Below are positions 11,169-25,662 of a stretch of DNA of 64,000 bases, one piece after another (within the stretch, counting starts at the first letter, position 1; the number at the start of each line of letters is the position of its first letter). The position numbers were made by a program, and so were the translations under genes. This DNA comes from Eledone cirrhosa. Taxonomy: Eukaryota. The notes under the pieces are model-generated. The model saw nothing but the letters and a program-made list of their open reading frames with translations, was not told where the DNA came from and did no database searches. Location: assembly GCA_964016885.1 (NCBI GenBank), contig OZ024746.1, positions 21,762,001-21,826,000 on the forward strand, in the 5' to 3' direction.

Positions 11169-11715
11169 CCCTTTTGCTACCAAACTGCCTCTGCTGTTAT
11201 GATATTTTAGAGTATTTATATTTATCTAAAATCCTCCCATCACAATTTTATGTAAGATCCTTTGTTAAGTTATGTTCCCAACACCAATTTGATTGTGAAA
11301 AAGTTAGTTACATAAATAAATCTCTTTAAATTCTTGTTTATTTTCAAAATTTTTTAACCCTTTAGTATTTACATTATTTTATCCCACCGAGGTTAACTTT
11401 GCCTTTCATCCTTACGGGGTCGATAAAATAAAGTACCAGTAATGCTCTGGGTAATTGCTGGCCTTGTGCTAAAAGTAGAAACAATTATTTTATATATATA
11501 TCATATTTTTGTGAAAAAGGCTTTACCTCACATAATTATCTTACATAATATTGAATCTATGAGGTTTTGATATTCTTTATTTTGTGAACAATACCTTAAC
11601 ATCAGTATGAACGGGCGATTACAACTGGTTTGAACAGAAAGAGATAAAAGAATTCTGGTTTAAATGCTAAAGGGTTAAGGAAACGTCTTTCATTGGAAAT
11701 GTTGCAACAAAAGGA
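11169..11715. mobile_element. Nested elements: outer TTAA element containing the 208-bp-family MITE (11358-11674), which contains a 5'-truncated SINE (~11383-11490)
   Basis: Outer TTAA|CCCTTTTGCTAC...GCAACAAAAGGA|TTAA; inner TTAA|CCCTTTAG...CTAAAGGG|TTAA; SINE flanked by ATTATTTTAT. Confidence 0.7.
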
Positions 11716-11750
11716 TTAAACCATTCTTTTTATTTTAAATTTCATTTCAG

Positions 11751-11885
11751 AAAGCCTACAACTTTATGAAGAAATGTTGCTCCTATATACGGCCACCTCG
11801 GAACTTTATTTACCAGCTGTCAAGATGGGAAGGCTATATTTTGGAACAATCCATAAAGACTGATATATCCGATCCAAAATTCTAA
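11751..11885 (+). CDS. STYXL1: STYXL1-like terminal coding exon
   Basis: tttcAG acceptor. Encodes KAYNFMKKCCSYIRPPRNFIYQLSRWEGYILEQSIKTDISDPKF*, a DUSP C-terminal pattern; TAA at 11883-11885. Confidence 0.9.
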   Translation, partial: KAYNFMKKCCSYIRPPRNFIYQLSRWEGYILEQSIKTDISDPKF

Positions 11886-11913
11886 AGACAAACATCTAAC
11901 TTGATTTTTATTC

Positions 11914-11919
11914 AATAAA
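11914..11919 (+). terminator. Candidate polyadenylation signal of the STYXL1-like gene
   Basis: AATAAA 28 nt after the stop codon, followed by T-rich sequence. Confidence 0.5.
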
Positions 11920-14900
11920 CTACACAATTTCTACTACTTGAGGAACTAATTCTTTTTCTCATATAGTCTTTTTTTTTTGGCAGAGGTGGATGGGGTGGGG
12001 GTGGGGGGTAGGCATTAAAGATTGGCCATGCTAGAGCACCACCTTATAGGATTTAGTTATTTTCATTACATATACCCTAGTACTTATGTAGTTATTTCAT
12101 TGAACTCAGAAAAATGAAAAGAGAAATTGACCTGGCCAAAAATATTTTGTTTGATGCTTTACTGAGTTTGCCATCTACAGGTGGTGGTATTAAGTTAGAC
12201 ACAGCTTAAGCCAATACTGACTGAAGATATAAATGTATATAAAGTCGTCACACTGGTGCCATGACAAAAAGCCCTCAGTCCACTCTGTAAGCACGGGTTG
12301 GATAATGTGGTTCTTGGTCTCCTGCACTTAGCAAAAAGATGAGCAAGTCTCATGTTGACCAATGCCTTATGAGTTGAATTTGGTACTTGGAAACTGCAGA
12401 AGCCCATCGTTTTATATGAATGCATGTATGTGTGTGTCTGTGTGTGTGTGTGCCTCTATGTCTGTGTCTGTGTGTGTGTGTGCCTCTATGTCTGCGTTTA
12501 TGTTCAGTAATTTAGTAGTTTGAGAAAAAAATAAGATATATGTACGAAAATTAAAAAATAAGTACTGGAGTTGATATGATCGAATAAATTAAGGAAGTGC
12601 CCCAGCATGGCAGTGCTCTGCTGAATGAAAGCAGTAAAAGAATAAAAGAATGATACCTAAAAGACATCTATGTGTACAATGACAATTTCAACACTGAAGA
12701 CATCATGTTTATGTGATTAAGAATATTTAAAGAAGGGTAGTGGATTGGCAGAATTGGTAGATCATTGGATAAAATGCCACTTTGGATTTGTTCTGGCTTT
12801 TTACATTCTCGGTTCAAATCCTATCAAGCTCAACTGCACCTTTCAATCTACCTGGGTTGATAAAATAAACTACCGATTAAATACTGGGATCAATTTAACC
12901 AGTTAGCATTAAGCCAGCCATATCCGACCAGAATTCTCTCACCTCTTTCTGTTCAAACTGGCCATAACCTGCCACTCATACTGATGTTAAGGTATTGTTC
13001 TCAAAATAAATAACATCAAAATCTCATAGCTTCGATTTTACGTAGGATAATTATGTGAGGTAAAGCCTTTACCATGGAAATACAATAGTAAATACAGAGT
13101 AATGTAAATGCTACAGAAGTTTCAGCTGGTAGATAGTATCAGCAATGGGAACATCGTTTCTTTGGTCCGATTTGGTGAGTACCTCCTTCCGGGCCAAAGT
13201 AAGGGGCCTCATAACTTAACTAGCACAGGTCTTCATTTGTTCTAAATCCAGTACTGCTTATCACTAACATCCCTGACTACAGTAAGGTATAGACCAGCAG
13301 TCTCAAACTCAAGGACTGAAAAGGACCATTAAATCCTGGGAAAGGGGATGGGTGGGCGAAAAGTGAAATGAAAATGAGGGGCGTGATTTCCACCAATTAT
13401 AATGCTAATCTGCAATACAGCTGATAGACTGTTATTTATTTATTTATCATTTATTTATTTTCATCAAAATGAATACACATATGATAGTAAGTGGAATATG
13501 GTGAATTACTACAAAATGTAGGGGACAAATATTTCATTTTAAATGTCCTGCCACAAACCATATAGAAGTAAGACTGTAATGTATGTTTTATTGACATAAA
13601 TTATCTAAAAAATTAAGAATAAAATAATCAGAGAATTAGGAATAAAATAATCAGAGAAAATATGAAAGAAAACAAAAAGCAGAAAATGAAATATGGGAGA
13701 AGACACACACTAAATTACATGCCATAACAAGGAGCACTGAACTTTCCTACAATAATATTTGAGGCAAGTCAACAGGTTTCTGTGGCATTAAACGATTGAC
13801 ACTACTAGATTCTCCAATAGGCAATATGCCAGTCTATTGCAGAGTTAAACCTCCAGCTACTGCTGGTACTCATTTTCAGCTGAGTATACTTGAGCAATGT
13901 CAAATGAAGTGTTTTGCTCAAGAATATAACACACAACCCAGTCTAGGAATCAAACCCATGATATTATGATTGTAAGTCCAACACACTTACCACTGGCTTA
14001 TGAGCCTCCAGACTTGAAGCAGACTTTAGACTTTAAGACAAGTCAACACACTTGCAGCATCGCTATGGGTGATAGCGAGACTGAAACACTAAAATAACCA
14101 AACACTAGCTAATACACCAGTAAAGTGTGCCCTCTAATAAATGACAAGAACCTTTCTGAATATTCTGAATACCACAGCTTGAAAAAAATAGTTTGTTGAT
14201 AAAGATAGATGGATTGAATCTGAGCCATTTGAGAATTAAGTGTCCTATTCATGGTCACTGGATTTGCTAGAAATAGCAGCAAAATCTCCCTCGTATCACT
14301 TTCCTAATCAATTCAAAGGTCTTTTTAAAGAAGCTGCTAAGGATGATTGTCAGGTATGTGGTCAGTACTCCACTATAAGTTACACTTGAACCTAATAGAT
14401 GGTCAGCAATTAATTATAGCTCAAATATTTTCTGACTTTGAAGAGAAACCTTGTCTTTGGGTCGTTGTGTTGTCAATAAATGGAGTCACACACATATAAA
14501 TACATCACCTGAGCATTCTTCTTATATTTACATTCATATTTAATGGCAGTAACACATACAAGAGCCTAATCCAGGAGAAAGATAAATGATTTAATCTTCG
14601 TAATATTTGTAATTTAAAATATAAAGAGTCAACAGGACTTAAATTTATTGGACATTGAAAATGTTAAAGGGCGTTGGTTGTTGTAAAGAATGTTGTTGCA
14701 TAAGGAAGAAAGGTCATTGTCAAGGGAGATAACCTTGGTTTCTTTACTTTTACTAAAGGGAAATAAATTTCAAATATAATATCTGTTTCGCTAGCAGCAT
14801 TTAACAGCTGAAGCAGAAATACAATTATGTATCGGAAAAAAGAAATTATAACTAGAAATTTAATGAACGTTGTAAATTGAATCCTAAAGCAGGGCGATGT

Positions 14901-15182
14901 TAATTAGTGAAAAGTCGGTTGAGTAAAGGTTGTGATAGTAGTTGCGGTGAAGTTGTTTATAGGAAGAAAAAGAAAAAAAAAGAGGAAAATTAAAGGGTGG
15001 TAATTTATCGGATTGCTTCTGTTGCTAGAAAGAATGAACTCGTAACTAAAGTGGGAGGAATCCCAATTAGATCGAGTGATTGAGAAATAGCGAAGTGGTG
15101 TGAGTAAGAAGCTAGTGTAATAGAAAACGATAAAGACAAGAAGAAAGCTGGCACTAGTTGTTAGCAGAGGAGGAGTGTCATC

Positions 15183-15275
15183 ATGGCAGCGCTGGAGCAA
15201 TGGTGTTTATATTCCAAGATGCTGCAACAGTTAGCATACAGTTTAGCAGCCATGAAGCCAACTCCATGGGAAAAG
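15183..15275 (+). CDS. PI4KA: PI4KA (phosphatidylinositol 4-kinase III alpha) coding exon 1
   Basis: gtcATCATGG start, AAG/GTTAGT donor. Encodes MAALEQWCLYSKMLQQLAYSLAAMKPTPWEK, resembling PI4KA LARSLAVQRPASLEK as recalled; phase 0 matches exon 2. Confidence 0.85.
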
Positions 15276-16452
15276 GTTAGTATTTAACAAACAAATCAAG
15301 CTGTTGTTATCTATTTCTACTTGCATCTGTCAATCTAGCTCTTATTTTACTTTGATCCGTTACAGACACCCACTCTTACGCACACACACACACATATACA
15401 AATCTTACAACCGCCGGTCTTTGACCATTCTATCTGCCACCCTCTTCTCTTTTCAAATAATATATATATATATATATATATGTGTGTATATATATTTTCC
15501 TTCTATTATATATTTAGGATGATGATCAGTTTATAACGTATTCGTCAAAATTCTTGTTTGTCTATTATTCAAATCTGTTTTGTCGTTAGACTTCGGACTT
15601 GGGGCAAGTCACACTCATACATCGATCTTGTATACAGTTGTTACAAATTCGATTAGGTGACCATTTCTTTACAGCATCTCGGCTATTCTAGTGTTTGTCT
15701 AAACAGCTGTACTTGTATGGCATTTTTTATTTCCTGTGTCTAATTAGCTATTGATCTTTGTGATATCTTTCTCGAAGACAATGGAGACTCAGAAGCGATA
15801 CACCGTATGTCTTATACTGTTGAATCCATGCTATAACACCTTACTAATTACGCAGATATACGTAAGGTGTATCAAGTGTATTTAAGGTGTGCGCGTGAGG
15901 GTGTGTATGTGTCTACATATACATACACAGTATACACGCAACCATATGCATAGATATACATATACGTACACACAGCTTACATAGATATATATATATATAT
16001 ATATACATTAAACTCAGAAACAGGTAGACCATTTATTTATCGACACTGCCACTTTATATACAAACATTTAAGGTATACGCCTTATCATGAATACATTTAC
16101 ACTGCTACATCTTATACAAACATACAGGCACCCACGCCTTCTTATTCCGCACACACATACACACAATAGACATGCGATTTATAGTTGTTGCACATGCAAC
16201 TCACTACATTGACACAAATGCACAATCTCACACGTTTACTAGCACCCGCATCTACAATATATATACATATATAATATATATATATATATATGTATATCTA
16301 GAGAGAGATTGGGAGTTACCAGTTTAGACTAGTAAGACCATGTTCAGCTAAGTATTCGATACTTGGGGAAACGGTGAGTGCTCGGCCGTCGGGCACTAAC
16401 TTTGCACTATATATATATATATATATAGTCTTTAACTCCGTTTTTTAATTTG

Positions 16453-16489
<37 letters not shown>

Positions 16490-19400
16490 CACCAGAGAGA
16501 GAATTCGAAACGGGCTAATAATTAGCATTTATACGCTTTCTACTAATTAAGTAATTAAGTTCACATTTTCAGCTGCAATTTATGCACAATTTATTTTCTA
16601 AATAGTATTAAAAATGTTCCATATACTATTCTCGTTAGTCCGTAAAGATAGGCCTTTATTGAGTCTCACCTATCAATAGACCGGTGTGTACGTTAATATA
16701 TAACCACACACCGATAGACCAATGTGTACCTACACTACACACATCCATAGACCAATGTGTACCTACACTACACACATCCATAGACCGGTGTGTACTTTAA
16801 TATAATACTGTACACTTATCAATAGGCCAGTGTGTACCCCAGTTCATCACTACACACATCAATAGACCGGTGTGTACTTTTTATATGATACTTTACACTA
16901 TAGACCAGTATGTACCTCAGTGCATAATTACACACTTGTTAATAGACTAGTATGTACCTTGATGTATATCTAACCACACGCTTTATCTAAACGCATTGGC
17001 AAGGTTTTGCTTCTTTTTTACTATATATTGCCTAAACAAAGTTCCTATTGTTGTCTGTGCCAGATGCTATGTGGCTTATTATTGTCATATCTAACACAGT
17101 TTATATTTTCTCTACTGAAGGAAGTGATCAGTCAAGTCCCAATATTTAGTTATACTCCTCTCCATTACGAGTGACAGGGTCCAAGTTAGCATCCAAAGAG
17201 ACAAGCTTATATATATTTCTTGGGCAATAAGCTTTCATTGACTTTTACATCATGTTTATTACACTGACTAGTAGGGAGAGTAATATGTCTGAAGATGCTG
17301 AAATTGTTGTGATCTTCAGTTGCCAGCTGATGACAGGAATGTCCCATAGTGCAAGTTATATATTATATATATATATATAATGTGTTTAGTCCCATTGTGG
17401 TACATTTGGCAATTGTTTTCTACTTGGGTTACTCAATGAGTTACAAGTGGAATTTGGTAGATGGAAACTGTAGAAGCTTGTACACACACATATATATGTA
17501 ATATATGTGTGTGTGTATAAAAGAAAATATCAACAAGTAAAAATAACACAAGAATAATACAATGCAATGATAGTATATTAGTTTAACGCTTGATATATTT
17601 GAAAAAGACTCTTAATATTTCAAATGTTAGTCCTTCATCAGAAGATAGAATGAGAAAAGAAAAAGGAAAGTGGATGAGAGTAAAAAGGTAGACAGGAGAA
17701 ACAGTGTGTGTGTGTGTGTGTGTAGAGAGAGAGAGAGGTGTGTGTCCAGCCCATGGAAAAGCTGACGTAAAAAAAATATATATATATATATATTCTGTAT
17801 CCATGCAAACAAATTGAGCGACTATTACATATGTCTTCACTTTAATATCTTGATTCTTCCCACTTATAGTGTTTCTCACTGCTATAAATAATAAAACTGT
17901 CTCTATTTCTTCCTAATCAGTGTCACTGCCATGAATATTACAAATGTCTCTATACATCTGTTCCTAGTTGATCCATATAAATTCCATCAAAAATCTTTCA
18001 ACGTCAGCCACATTTCTGTTGCCGCCTTCTTAGATTGTCACATTAACTATGTTGCAATCGTCACACCCAAATAATCCTCTAGTTCAACTTTACACCTGAT
18101 CTAATTTCTCCTTTCACCTTTGTTCATATTTCTCCACATTACTTTCTCAAATACAAACTAAACTAAACCACTTTTAGGAAGGTCTGAAAACATGCCCCCC
18201 ACCCCCCACCCACACACACACACTCACACACACACACACACTCACACACACACACACACTCACACACACACACACACACTCACACACACAAACAAATAGA
18301 CAAGCAAAAAAAAGATAGACAGATATAATCCTTCTCTTCAGTCTTTTGTAAAAACGACATAGGTTTACAATGGGGCCTCTATCCAGTCACTCAGTCTGCT
18401 AAAAATAGATGTGAAATCTCTCTCTTATCACTTTTTTCTGGCTTACTGTTAAGAATGATCCATTAGTCAATGTTGTCTCTTATATACAACAACAACAAAC
18501 GAGATGACCACATCTGGAACGTCTTTTATCCAAGGTCTACTCAATTAGATGTAAAACATTTGTAGCAAGACAGGACATATGCGATAATGTACTCCTAGTG
18601 ATATTGTTTTGAATAAAAGACAGGATGGTCATAACTGGAACAACTTTGATCGCAAGTCTGCTGGATCAAAAGGCAGACCTGGTACTAAACAACAATAGTA
18701 ACAGCAACAAAAGAGAAAAATAGTGAATTTCTTTCTGTCATGATAGCGGTATTCATTCTGGCTTTTGGCTCTCTGAGTTCAAATCCCGCAGAGGTCAACT
18801 TTGCCTTTCATCCTTTCGAGTTCAATAAAAAAAACTACCAGTCTAGTACAAGGGTCGATTCTTCCTCTATATCTCTTTCTCATTTTCCTCTCTCTCGCTT
18901 TCTATCCTTCTCCGGAAGAAATCTGCTGTATTCAGACCTGGAGAGGAGATGGGCTCTTCCAAGTTTAAAAATGCCCGAGAAACATTGTATGTCAATACGA
19001 CAACCCTGCAACTCCCTCATGAGTTATGGGACTTTACCATAGCAGCACCCCCTGGTTTTCAGGTATTTCAGTCCACTTCTGGCACTTCAACCTCTCACTG
19101 CAATACATCCTCCAAAAAAAACAAAGACAAAAAAAAAGAATTCCTTTATACTTTGCAGGGCCCCTAAGCTTCAGCCTAGTCACCATTATGAATATTGCAA
19201 CCCTGCATGACACTTTATATCTAAATACAGGGTGTATCAAAATGAATCATCCAATTTTTATATATATGACTCATCCAAATCTTGCTAGCAGGGAAAAGGG
19301 ACATTAAGTAATGATGATGTATTCTTTCTCCCTTCTTAGTTAACACCAATGCAGCCTCTTTCCAGTCTAATCTACCACTACTAGCTCTCCCATCACACTC

Positions 19401-20204
19401 CCCTTCCAGTCACATCTACCAGTACTTGCACTCTTATCACACTTCCCTTCCAGTCAGATCTACCAGTACTTGCTCTCTTATCACAGCCCTTCCAGTCACA
19501 TCTACCAGGAATGGGAAACAAGATCACCTGCTGGAGAACACCTAGGAGTCATGACCTAGGTGGGCTCGGCTTCCTTAACCCTTTAGTTACCAAAACCAGC
19601 TCTGGTTCTATGAAATAAAACCCACCCATTTTAAAGGTTTCCAATTTAAATTAAAATCTTCCTAAATAATTTTATATAAAAACCTTACATTAAGTTATCT
19701 TAGTAAAGAAATAGTTAATAATTTTAGTAAATCCTTCAAAATTCTTCATTAATTAATTAAAATAGAACATACTTCATTAGAAATGCGGTCATGAAAGGGT
19801 TTGTAGTGTTAGGATGAATCAAGGGCTGAAACACTTGATGGGAGTTCTTCCTCTGAAGATCCTCCTGCTATTTGCTCGCCCCATCACTATTTTCCACATA
19901 CATCCTCAAAAACTACTTATAAATCTAGTAGGCTGGTGGCATGACAATTTAGCCAGACATTTTTGAAAAGTACAAAATAGCACTATGATTACATCACGTT
20001 AAGAATTGATGTCTTTATTCTAATACTTCAATTTTTCACAACAGTCTGTCCACTAGTAATAATACTAAAAACATTTGAATTAAACTACACAAAACCACAT
20101 TAGCAAGACATTCTTTGGAATGTGCAGAACAGCACAACTGCATCACATAAAAAAATTGATGTCTTTACTTCACTTTACTGTAAATCTTTACAACAATGTA
20201 TATA

Positions 20205-20543
20205 TCATCATCATCATCATCATTTCATTTTACGTCCACTTTTCCCTGCTTGCAAGGGTGGGACGGGAACTGATTCTGGCTTGATTTCTACAGCTGGATG
20301 CCCTTCCTAACACCAACCTCATTTACAGTGAGTGCTGGGTGCTTTTTTGCCATGGCACCTCCACGAATGATAGGGATCCCAGTCCCTATAATCTCATTTC
20401 TACAGCTGAGTAAACTGGAGCAACGTGAAATAAAGTGTCTTGCTCAAGGAAACAACACATCACCCGGTCTGAGAATTGAACTCACAACCTTTCGATTGCA
20501 AGACCAATACTCTAACCACTAAGCCTCTAACCACTTTGCCTCC
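20205..20543 (-). mobile_element. tRNA-derived CORE-like SINE
   Basis: Minus strand carries pol III A/B boxes, CCTTGAGCAAGACACTTTATTTCAC..CTCCAGTTTACTCAGCTGTAGAAATG (CORE-like) and a (TGA)n tail. Confidence 0.8.
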
Positions 20544-20610
20544 AATCATTAACCCTACTGTATCAATCCCCTTCCAACTCCAAACTGCAACCCTCTGGGA
20601 TCAGGATTGT

Positions 20611-20964
20611 ATTATTTATAGGGCTGACAGGCCGATAAAATAAAGTACCAGTAATGCATTAGGGCCGATTTTAATCTTCTTTCCTCTTCCCTCAAAATTA
20701 TTGGCGTTGTGCCTAAATCAGAAAGCATTATTTATAGGGCAGTGGATTGGCACAGGACACTAGGTATGGCACTGGCAGTATCGGTAGAGGGTCGGACGCC
20801 ATGCTTTCCAGCATAGTTACGCCCCTTTACGATCTGAGTTCAAATCCCGCCGAGGTTAACTTTGCCTTTCATCCTTATGGGGTTGATAAAATAAAGTACC
20901 AGTAATACACTGGGTAATTGCTGGCCTTGTGCCTAAAGTAGAAACAATTATTTATAGGGCTGAC
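20611..20964 (+). mobile_element. Tandem Meta-domain-like SINE insertions sharing one repeated target
   Basis: ATTATTTATAGGGC at 20611, 20727 and 20947 separates the SINE segments. Confidence 0.75.
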
Positions 20965-22179
20965 TAAACTGAAGTCAAGGAATGCCACAGGGAATAGGGA
21001 TCCCATTGGCTTTTGTATCTGTGCTGTCGGAGTCTCGAATCCTTATATATAGCATCCATTAAGGAGTACAAATTAGACAAAATTGGTTTGCCTAGCTTGT
21101 ATCCCACCAATGGATGTTTTGGCTTTAGTTAAACTATGTTTTAAATGCTTCTAATTTTTTTTCATTGAGATGTTTAAGTATATTAGTGACAAATAGCATG
21201 CTGTCTGAAATATAGATATATTATTTGATTTTGTAATCATTAATAAATAATTTTCTACTTTTGGGCACAAGGCCAGCAATTAATCAGTGTATTACTGGTA
21301 CTTTATTTATATAATCATGTATAATAATCAAGTTTCATATAGCTTAGGGTCTCAGCAGATGAAAGTCAGGTCTTGGTTAATAAGGCCTTGTCTGGGACTC
21401 CCCTCTCTAGTCACAGTTGTTGACCTACAGAAGTCGGGCACATCAGACTGGAAGGGTCTACAAAAGCCGTCAGCGTTGTCTTTTCTCTCTACTATCTTAT
21501 TTATTTATTTAATCAATTTAATTTTTCGTGTAAAACTGTTATAACATGACAGACTGACGGATGTATCTAATACTCCTTTCATATAATAAACAGGAGAGCG
21601 AGGCAGAGACAATGAGAGAGGGAGACAGGGAATTAGAGAAAGAGAGAGAGAGAGCATGAGTGAGATATACAGGTTGACGAAGAGAGAGAGAGTGGTTGAG
21701 GGAGAGAGACGTAGAGAACGTGAGAGAGACAAAGAGAGATACAGGTAGAGGGAGAGTCAAGGACGGTGACTGGGAAAAAAATATATAGAGAGAAAGAAGA
21801 AAGTTTTAAAATGGACTAATTAACAACAGAATTAATCCATCAGTTCTCTTTATGTATATTATTTTATGTACTATACATGCACCTTTGATGAGTTGTAGTG
21901 CACTTGAGCACTGTACACAATAATTTCATTATTATTATTATTATTATTATTAGCATAGGCACAAGATCACAGATTTTCTTATCAGCAACAATATTTCATT
22001 AGTACTTATTGAACCCGGAAGGGTGAAAGGTGAAGTTTACATCGACGGGATCAGAACATGAAGGGACATGACAATTTAGGGTTAGTGCTTGGTTTAAGTG
22101 GGTGGTTATGGTTAAATCAAGCAGTATTTTGTAATTAATTGATTCCAGATTGACAGCCCTAACTCTGACCCACAATTGA

Positions 22180-22485
22180 AATCCCGCCGAGGTTAACTTT
22201 GCCTTTCATCCTTACGGGGTCGGTAAAATAAAGTATCAGTTATGACACTGGGATAATTGCTGTCCTTGTGCCAAAAGTAGAAACAATTATTTGTTGATTG
22301 GCAGTATCGGTAGAGGATCTGACGCCATGCTTTGCAGCATAGAGTTACGTCCCTTTACAGTCTGAGTTCAAATCCCGCCGAGGTTAACTTTGCCTTTCAT
22401 ACTTACGGGGTCGATAGAATAAAGCACCAGTAATACACTGGGATAATTGCTGGCCTTGTGCCAAAAGTAGAAACAATTATTTGTT
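22180..22485 (+). mobile_element. Two tandem Meta-domain-like SINE copies
   Basis: GAGGTTAACTTTGCCTTTCAT..GGGGTCG..AAATAAAGTA occurs twice, each copy ending AACAATTATTTGTT. Confidence 0.8.
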
Positions 22486-23126
22486 AATTTTTAGAAATGA
22501 CACACCTCTCGTCTTTGAGGTGAAATTGTTTTTCTTCCATTGGTTTTTGGTGTTTTGAACTCATCTGACCTTCGAAACCGTCGGAAATTATTATTTAGAA
22601 TAAAGTACCAGTAATGCACTGGGTAATTGCTGGCCTTGTGCCTAAAGTAGAAACAATTATTATTATTATTATTTTATTTTATTTTTTTTTTTTTGTTAAC
22701 GGGTGGTGGCTGTTGTGGGCGGGGCACTCGGAGTTCTCAGATTCGGGGATGAAATGTATGTTTCTCCTATTGCTTCTGGTGCGTTTTGAACGAATATCGC
22801 CTCTAAAACCGAAGACCATATTCGGTTAAAAACACCAAAACCTTTTGCCTCCAACGTGAGACGGGTGTAATAATAAAATTTACCAATTTATTTTAATGGA
22901 AGCTCAAAAATAAGTATTTATCATGGAGGAGGAGAGGGTCGATTCTAGGGAAGCACCATTTGTGGTAGCCCCGATGAAATGTTCAGCTAGGTTGCCCAAA
23001 GCCAACTTCACTCGCTCCTGCATCTATCAATCCATATTGAAGATCTGATATGCAATATAAATTCCACCCCTGTCCCTATCGTATGTAATATAAACAAACA
23101 CTTTTTTCATCGATATATACTGCGCA

Positions 23127-23175
<49 letters not shown>

Positions 23176-24004
23176 ATATATATATATATTGTATATATAT
23201 ATATTGTATATATATATATATATATATTGTATACATGTGTTTCTGCATATGCATAAAATCGTTAAATCTTATTTACTGGGTTCTTTCTTTTTTCTTTCTT
23301 TTTATAATTTTTATTATCTTTTCTTTTTGCAGTGGTGGAATATCTGTGTAACTGTTTGTTTATATGTACATGTATGATAATTATTATCAAAACAGAGGCC
23401 TGGTTCTGAATAAATTAATATATTTTCACTTATTTAGTTGCGGTATTTACGTAAACCGGGTCACACTTATCTTAAGTTAGTGTGTGGTTACTGTGAAAGG
23501 ATACGCAAGAAATCTATAAATCTATTTATTATGTGTGCAATTCGATTCCGGTTCTCCTTTTACCCTCACCTTGTTACTCCACCATCTTCCCCCTCTCTCT
23601 ATCTATCTATACACACACACACACACATATATTTATATATATGAAATTTGAAATGTAGTCGTTCCAACGTAAATAACTATAATAGTAGTTAATCACTATA
23701 AATAATAGCTAAAAAAAAATCTAGTGAGCTATTCCAGGAGATGAAAAAAAATGGATAGAGGCGCCTGTTATGAAACTCTGTGTGTGTGTATATATATATA
23801 CAATATATTAATAAATGGAAAGTATATTTATAAAACCATATTTATTTTATTATACATATTTCAAGGGCATATTTACTCCACTAAACTGTTGAGTGCTTTA
23901 TATCAGTTATAAAATTTTTTAAAATTAAATATAACCTCTGCATATATATATATATAAATGAAAGTATAGAAATTATTGTGAGCGTGAAGCCAACAGTATT
24001 TCAT

Positions 24005-24073
<69 letters not shown>

Positions 24074-24310
24074 TCATCATCATCGTCACCGTTTTACGTC
24101 CATTCTTCCATGCTAGCATGGATTAGACGAATTGTCCTGTTGTGAGCAATGCTAGGTCAGGTGACCATGCCTTGCTTATACAGGACTGATATGGACTTAG
24201 TTTCTACAACTGGATGCCCTTCCTAACACCAACTTCATTTACAGTGAGTACTGGGTGCTTTTTGTTGTGACGCCTGCACGGCCACTTTACAGTGTGTGTG
24301 TGTGTGTATA

Positions 24311-24757
24311 TATCATCATCATCACCGTTTTATGTCCGTTCTTCCACGCTAGCATGAGTTAGACGGGTTGTCCTGTTGTGGGCAGTGTCCGGTCGGCTGA
24401 CCTTGTCTTGCTCATACGGGAACTGATTCTGGCTTGATTTATACAGCTGGATGCCCTTCCTAACACCAACCTCATTTACAGTGAGTGCTGGGTGCTTTTT
24501 TTTTTCCCGTGGCGTCTACACGTCCACTTTGCAGTGTGGGCTGGGTGCTTTTTTTGCCGTGGCACCTCCATGACCACTTTACAGTAGAATGATAGGCACC
24601 CCAGTCCTATCATCTCATTTCTACAGCTGAGTAAACTGGAGCAACGTGAAATAAAGTGTCTTGCTCAAGGAAACAACGCATCACGTGGTCCGAGGATTGA
24701 ACTCACAACCTTTCGATTGCAAGCCCAATGCTCTAACCACTAAGCCATGCCCCTTCA
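24311..24757 (-). mobile_element. tRNA-derived CORE-like SINE (longer variant), with a 3' fragment of the same family at ~24070-24295
   Basis: Same head, CORE and tail as 20205, 32003 and 57197, with an extra internal repeat unit. Confidence 0.8.
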
Positions 24758-25066
24758 TATATATATATAAAATTGCAAGTTTGAAGAATTATTAGATAAA
24801 ATATATACAGTCCTTCCTCTCCCTAGTCCACAGAAATCAACCACATAAATAATCATTTAAACGAGGCTATAAGTTTAAAATGTAACTATGAAGAAATAAT
24901 AGACAAATGATATAAACTATTCTGTGAGGAATAGTCAGATAGAATTTATCTAGTCATTCCTTTTAGCCCGTAGAAATTAACTAGACAAGTGATCAACTAA
25001 ACGGAGCTAGGTCTAAAATATAAGTTAGAAGAAAAAATGCATATAAACTTTACCAAAATTCCTCTA

Positions 25067-25155
25067 GTCCCGACTGTCGACAGTTTCGCTCTTTTTTTTT
25101 TGTGTATATATCCGATCCTGGAATTATCCATGAGGCTTGGAGCTTATCAAGAGAC
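25067..25155 (-). ncRNA. Type I hammerhead ribozyme candidate, U3:A8 core variant (copy A)
   Basis: Minus strand: GUCUC-UUGAUAA-GCUC..(loop)..GAGC-GAAAC-UGUCGACA-GUC-GGGAC. Stems I, II and III all pair; stem III is palindromic. Confidence 0.7.
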
Positions 25156-25662
25156 ACTTCGAGTTTGGACTAAAATTTCTACAGTGATCACCGCCAGAAA
25201 TGGATTCAAAAATGGCTAAGAATCATCACGTGGCTAGTGGTCAAGTTAGAAGGTTGTGATTGGTGGCCAGGCGGCATGTAGGCTGGTTGCTAGAAAGCGC
25301 AGCCAGATACTGCCTATTGAGCCACACCGTGAAAGGTAGCCACACTCATATATGTATCTGTGACTATGTCTAAATATATGCCTGAATATATACATATATC
25401 CCTATGAATTATATATATATATATAAATGTGGTTGGTGTTAGGAAGGGCATCCAGCTGTAGAAAACCCGCCAGACAGTCCTATGCGAGCAAGTCAACCAC
25501 TCTTGCCTCAAGTGGGAAAACTCCCGTCCAAACCCATGCAAGCGTGGAACATGGACGTTAAACGATGATGATGATGATGATGATATATATATATGCGTGT
25601 GTGTATAACAATTATAAATGTAAAGTGCAAATAGACAAAATAAACCTAATTTTTTTTTTCAA

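Noticed and set aside
16375-16412. Helitron 3' end (GTGCTCG/CGGGCAC hairpin)
   Set aside because: Followed by CTAT rather than CTRR, and no matching 5' end or second copy is evident.
17815-18165. LINE RT remnant on the minus strand (..EDYLGVTI..FIW..)
   Set aside because: Too degenerate, with multiple stops, to assign without a search.
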